From the NCBI GenBank assembly GCA_010093705.1, contig MU006099.1, forward strand, positions 682,001 to 746,000: 64,000 nt of DNA. The letters are read 5' to 3'. Below, piece by piece: positions 59,246-64,000 of the stretch. The notes beneath the pieces were generated by a model, which saw nothing but the letters and a program-made list of their open reading frames with translations, made no database searches and had not been told where the DNA came from. Source of the DNA: Patellaria atrata CBS 101060. Taxonomy: Eukaryota. Numbering within the stretch: position 1 is the first letter of the stretch; each line of letters begins with the position of its first letter. The position numbers were made by a program, and so were the translations under genes.

Positions 59246-62200
59246 TCACCTCTTCGGTAGCTCCCTGAATACAAACTTAAAGATATCCTTACTCTTCCAC
59301 AGGTTCAGAATCCGCAACCTCTCGTTATCCAAATGCGCCGAGTCACTCGCTTGTCCACACGGTAGATGTGCCGCCGGAGCTTGGAACTCCTTTTCTAGAA
59401 AACGGATCGAGGGAATCGATCCGCCTTCGCGGATGTATAGTGGTTTTCGGGAGGTGGGCTTTGCGGAGGATTGAAGGGCCTGGGCCATAGCGTTCGATTC
59501 TTGGGCCGTCTCGTCTACGTCGTCGGAGTCGGCACCCGCGAGCGTGGAGCTGGTTGTAGGAGTGGGCTTATTATCCAGAGGTGTGAGTCCCGAAAGTTCT
59601 GAAGGGCGAGGGGGAATCGACGATGTTCTGCGATGATGGATGGGTCCCCAAACGTGCATGATAGCTTTTTCAAGGGTCTTAAAGATCTGGTTGTTGAAGT
59701 CGCCGAGCCAAGGTTCTGCGACGTGGTCGATAGTGACTGTGAGTTTGTTCTTAGATCCTAGGTTGGCGAACTCATTTTGCAGAAATGAGACGAGGGAAGC
59801 AGAGACCTGTACCGCCTCTTGATTTGGTACGAGACGGAGAGATAGAGCGGCTTTGGCGAGGCGGGGAATGATGGTTAAGTTCTCTGGACCGGAGGTGTGG
59901 AAGCGGTGTATTGTAAGCGATGCTTCGCGCCAGCGGCGCATAAGGGACGTGGCCAGCGCTTCTGGATCACCGAGACTAGGGTTACGTTGGAGGAGGGCAG
60001 TGGTTATGTCGTCGTAAAGACGGCGCTCTTGATCCGTCAGGGGTAAGATTGGGTCGTAGAAACCAGGAATTTCCACTTTCCCGTGGGTACCAGTTAGTTT
60101 AGCCAGGAGCATCACAAGGTCTTTAAGAGATTCATCGAGGAGTGCACTACCGTCGACACCACTATGCAGATCTGGATGTTGGCTTTCGATTTGAACAGTA
60201 GCATGTATGACGCCACGGAGACCGTAAGTTAGGCATGGAACATGGTCGTCCAGCCAGTAACTGTTAGCAAGCAGGATCCAGTCAATGTGCCCGATGAGCT
60301 CCTTATTTTTCTGGACGGCTCTTTCGAATCCACGAGAACCACTCTCTTCCTCACCTTCGATCAGAAATATGATATCTGAGTCCAGGGCTTTGTCCGCTGC
60401 TAGTTCGGCCACAGCATAAATGGCTGCCATGATTGGTCCCTTATTGTCGGATGCTCCACGGCCATAGAGGTAACCATCGATACCTTCCATATTGAAAGGG
60501 TCGCATATCCATTTACCTAGAGCATCTTTTGCAGCAATCACATCATAGTGGCCGTAGAAGAGTATCCTTTTCCGGTTTGCTGACGTCGCAGGATTTCCCC
60601 TGAATCTTGCAAACACGATAGGGTTACGAGAATCTTCAGTGTTAAGCATTTCAGTAACTGCGCCAAAATTCTTTAAAACTGATTTCAAATAAGCGGCACC
60701 TTCAATGCAGTCCACCTTGTACTTGGGATCGGAGGACACAGTTTTGTATGAGATGAACTGTCTCAGAGATTCTATCAAATGATCTAATAAATCTGTATCA
60801 GTTAGGTCTCAATGATATATTCATATATACTCACCATTGCTAGTTCGCGTAGTTCTTACTGGTGCAGTAATACAATCTCGAATATTCCACAGGGCAATAG
60901 TGTTGTCGTTTCCACCGGTGACATATAACGGCTGGCCTCGATACGTAGTGAATGTTGACGCAAGGACACGGCCATTGTGCGCTTGAAAGCTTCCAGATGA
61001 CTCGTACTGACGATTAAATTTCTGGCCCATTGTAAGCTAATTGTACCATATGTTGTCAGTCCACCCGAACATACCTCAACTGTACCATTCATACTACCGC
61101 TGAACAAGAAGCCTCCACCTACAGCAAGTGATAGAACATCACCATAGTCACCTTTCAAACTTCGTATAAGCTGCTTGGTCTCAAAGTCCCAAACGTTCAC
61201 TTCACCATCCAGTCTTCCACTATAAAGGAAGGACCCATCAACGGCCAAGGACAAGACGGAGTCTCCTTCTTCCCTACCATCATCTAGTTTGTACAGTGGT
61301 GTGATTCCGCCTCCGCGCTTTTTCTCTAGACGCCATACGTTAATAAAGCCATCCCCTCCTCCAGATATGAGCACTTCCTCATTAGGGTCCTCGGTCCCTG
61401 CACCCCTAGCAAGTAGCATACAATAGACATATCCATAATGTGCAAACTGCCTAATATGATGTTTGTCTATTTCTAGGGTCTGTCCACCTTGTGCGTGTCG
61501 TGGTCCGCTTTGTACTGAAGATGGACGAGGTGTGCGTATACCTCCAGGTCCGGGAGAGTCAAAAAAACGATCCTGGCGGAATGAGGGATGAGAATTGGGT
61601 TGAGGACGTGGGCGGTAGTCCTTCTCCTTTAAATCGTACCACTTTAAGAGGTCAGTTTAGGTCCTCAATATGAGCAGTTTTAGACGTTACCTGAATACTA
61701 GTATTTTGGGCCCCTAGGTATACTGTTTGAAGCGCGGAAGAGTATGAAACGCAAAAGATGTCACCAACATCATAAGTGGAGTAAATTGAATATATGCGAA
61801 CATATGTTTGTGTACACCAGACCTAAGTTTATGAGCTAAGGTTGGGATGGAGCAAGGAGGGTGTTCTTACATTGACAATCCGGTCACCAGCACTAGAAAA
61901 GAGAAGCTGTTGGTCCCGAGACAGACATAAGCCTAATACACTGCCTCTGTGTCCCTCGATGATCGCTTTTCGACCGTAGGTATCCAAGCTGTACACCTCC
62001 TCCTCATCAGCAGAAGTCCTCTACATTGGGGGACATGCTTACAAGTATTTGTCCTCCTTGGGTCCCTGCATATATGCAATCTATAGAGACTACTAGTGCT
62101 AGAATCGACTTGTCATGCCTCATCCGGTGGGACAATACTGGGCAAACTGCCTGCTTCTCAGCCATGGGTGCACGATGCCCGTTGCTGGCTGAGACGCCAT

Positions 62201-62270
62201 TGCTGCCATTCGCGAGGCCTGTTGTACGACTACCAGTCAGCACAACTTGTCGAAGAGGTAAGGAAGACAT
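59246..62270 (-). CDS. DUG2: WD40 + M20 metallopeptidase fusion, glutathione degradosome component Dug2, multi-exon
   Basis: N-terminal WD40 repeats (GHRGSVLGL, LFSSAGD, HYGYVYCM, LISGGGDG, YVTGGND) followed by an M20 domain (FYGHYDV, LYGRGASDNKGP, EGEEESGS, DLHSG, IREGGSIP, AHLDNER). Confidence 0.92.
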
Positions 62271-64000
62271 GAGTGGGTGCCATTTCTGCGTGTATTGAGA
62301 GCTTCATTATTGAGACTTGTGACAAGCTGTCATCCAAAAGGAATGCTATTCCCCCGGCTCAATGTCGGTTAATGGAGCTTTCTTCTTTGGACTTGAGCCA
62401 TCTGTGAACCTTTCCCTTCAATTATTCTCAAGGAATTTTTTCGAACTTTTTATTTAACTTACCTTCACGTCGTCGTGTTTGTGTGGCTACCATTAGCAAA
62501 CCATCCGGAACTGGTACTATATCTGGTACTGAACCTCCGCAATCCATGGATTTATAGGTCCAATAGCCCTCGCGATCGATACCACTGCACCCAGCAGCTA
62601 TCGAGTTGAACGAGTGCTCCCACTCGACGGGTGTGGTAGAGGTTGTACTGGTGTTTTGAGGAGAAATAATAGATGATACATTTTCCGGAGAAGTCGGTGA
62701 CTCTGCTTCTCTGATCTCAGTGTTATCTCTATCTCTACGAGTAAGCATACGGTTAATCTGAGTCGCATATCGACTGCTCGACCTTCTCAGCGAATCACGA
62801 GTCATCTTTTTCCCTTATAGCGTACGTGCACCATGTAAAAAAAGGGAATATCCGGTAATGACGAACATATTCTTATCTATTGCGAATTCGTCGATACCAT
62901 TTACGACTTATATAAGGTGGTACATTTGTTTCAACGGACTGTGTATCGCTGTTCTAACTACATCTCATCGCATTGCGTGGATCGCGAGCAAGTCACAGTT
63001 TGTACTGCAAGCATAATGCGGCCATGTTTTTTATGATGCAAGATACTGCAGGTACTTTACAGTGACTTAGCCAATCGCCAACTCATTTTAATATCATTTT
63101 CCTTTCTTCATCTACGTATGCTGCGTTGTCTCACTCTCTTATACCCGTTCGTCATTACTCGCCCTCAGTCTACTACGGAGCTTACCCTTCCAGCCATTCC
63201 TACAAATCAGTCTCCATCCATGTGCGCATTGCTTATGAAAGATCCTAGAAAATTTGAATGGTTGCTCGCTTTTCAGAGTATGTACAGTGCTACCGGTGTA
63301 TGGCGGGCGACACCATAAACTCAAAGCTAGAGCAGCTGGACAGATCACGGTTATGGCTACAGAGAGAAGTTGCACGCTTTACAATGCGCCTACATACTCT
63401 TCTACACAAAAATTGGTATTACTGCATTCCTGAAGCAATTTGCTGTTATCCATCATGAATCAGGGAAAAGCTACGGCTTTGTTTTGAGACCACGGTCTTA
63501 CTCTACTCAAGGGCTGGTCAATGCGAAATATCCCCGAATTATATTCCGTGAGGTAGGTTCACGCTATTTCTTTGCATAAATGGAAGATCTATCCCATGGC
63601 GATGATGACTGGGATTTATGTCCCGACAGATACTTGGTAGAGCAGATTCTTCGTTTATACGTATGCCAACTATGTTGTTCTGTGTTTTCGATGCATTACC
63701 AGCTCGTTAACCGTTCGCATAAGTCGTGCTTGCGCATGGGGAAGTTGTTCTATGACCTCTGAAAGGCAAGTCTGAGCCGAAACAACTACTCTGAATCTAC
63801 CTATGAGTTACTCGACCAACTATATGCCTTCCGAGTTAACCGGGGGACATTGAATTCGTCCTCTGTACACTTATAAGTACCTATTCCCGCCTGGTGGAGT
63901 CTGTGGCGCGGCTTTGTGGCGCGGGTACACCAGGTTCGGTTTTGATTTCGCCGCCTCGTGTTTTCATTAGGGACGACATTTACCGCACATACAGTAATCC

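Noticed and set aside
62428..62805. 125-aa ATG ORF upstream of DUG2 on the minus strand
   Set aside because: No recognisable domain. It could be a small gene or fragment, but the sequence alone does not support it.
63118..63830. Series of short overlapping plus-strand ORFs near the window end
   Set aside because: They could be a decayed gene, but I could not link them by splice signals or recognise a family.

Overview
Gene-dense 64 kb segment of a filamentous ascomycete (Pezizomycotina) nuclear genome, with short GT-AG introns and CTRAC/CTRAY-like branch sites. It holds about 20 protein-coding loci. The housekeeping ones are an Icp55-like M24 peptidase (5'-partial), a YANK/STK32-type AGC kinase, UBC8, ECM31/panB, ATG12, DBF4/nimO, SCP160/vigilin, KRS1 and DUG2. 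The accessory or metabolic ones are an SDR, a Moco-sulfurase-like PLP enzyme without a MOSC domain, an ABCG half-transporter, a hydroxyacid-oxoacid transhydrogenase, a zinc-finger/Zn2Cys6 TF, a nucleotide-sugar transporter, an Mx-like dynamin, an FMN/FAD oxidoreductase, a secreted CBM52-like protein and two hypothetical proteins. I saw no rRNA, tRNA, CRISPR array or intact transposon. The most unusual signals are hidden from the ORF track. (1) UBC8 appears to need a ONE-nucleotide exon, plus 3-nt and 8-nt micro-exons, to stay in frame. (2) The kinase stop codon overlaps a perfect splice donor with an in-frame basic downstream exon. (3) A C2HC zinc finger is split by a 402-nt intron in front of the Zn2Cys6 domain. 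(4) A MARVEL-like gene carries two TGG>TAG stops that look like RIP. (5) A degenerate relic at about 1.3-3.2 kb has RIP-like 18-bp repeats. I found no convincing new multi-gene system. Gene models were built by eye and family calls come from remembered motifs, not database searches.
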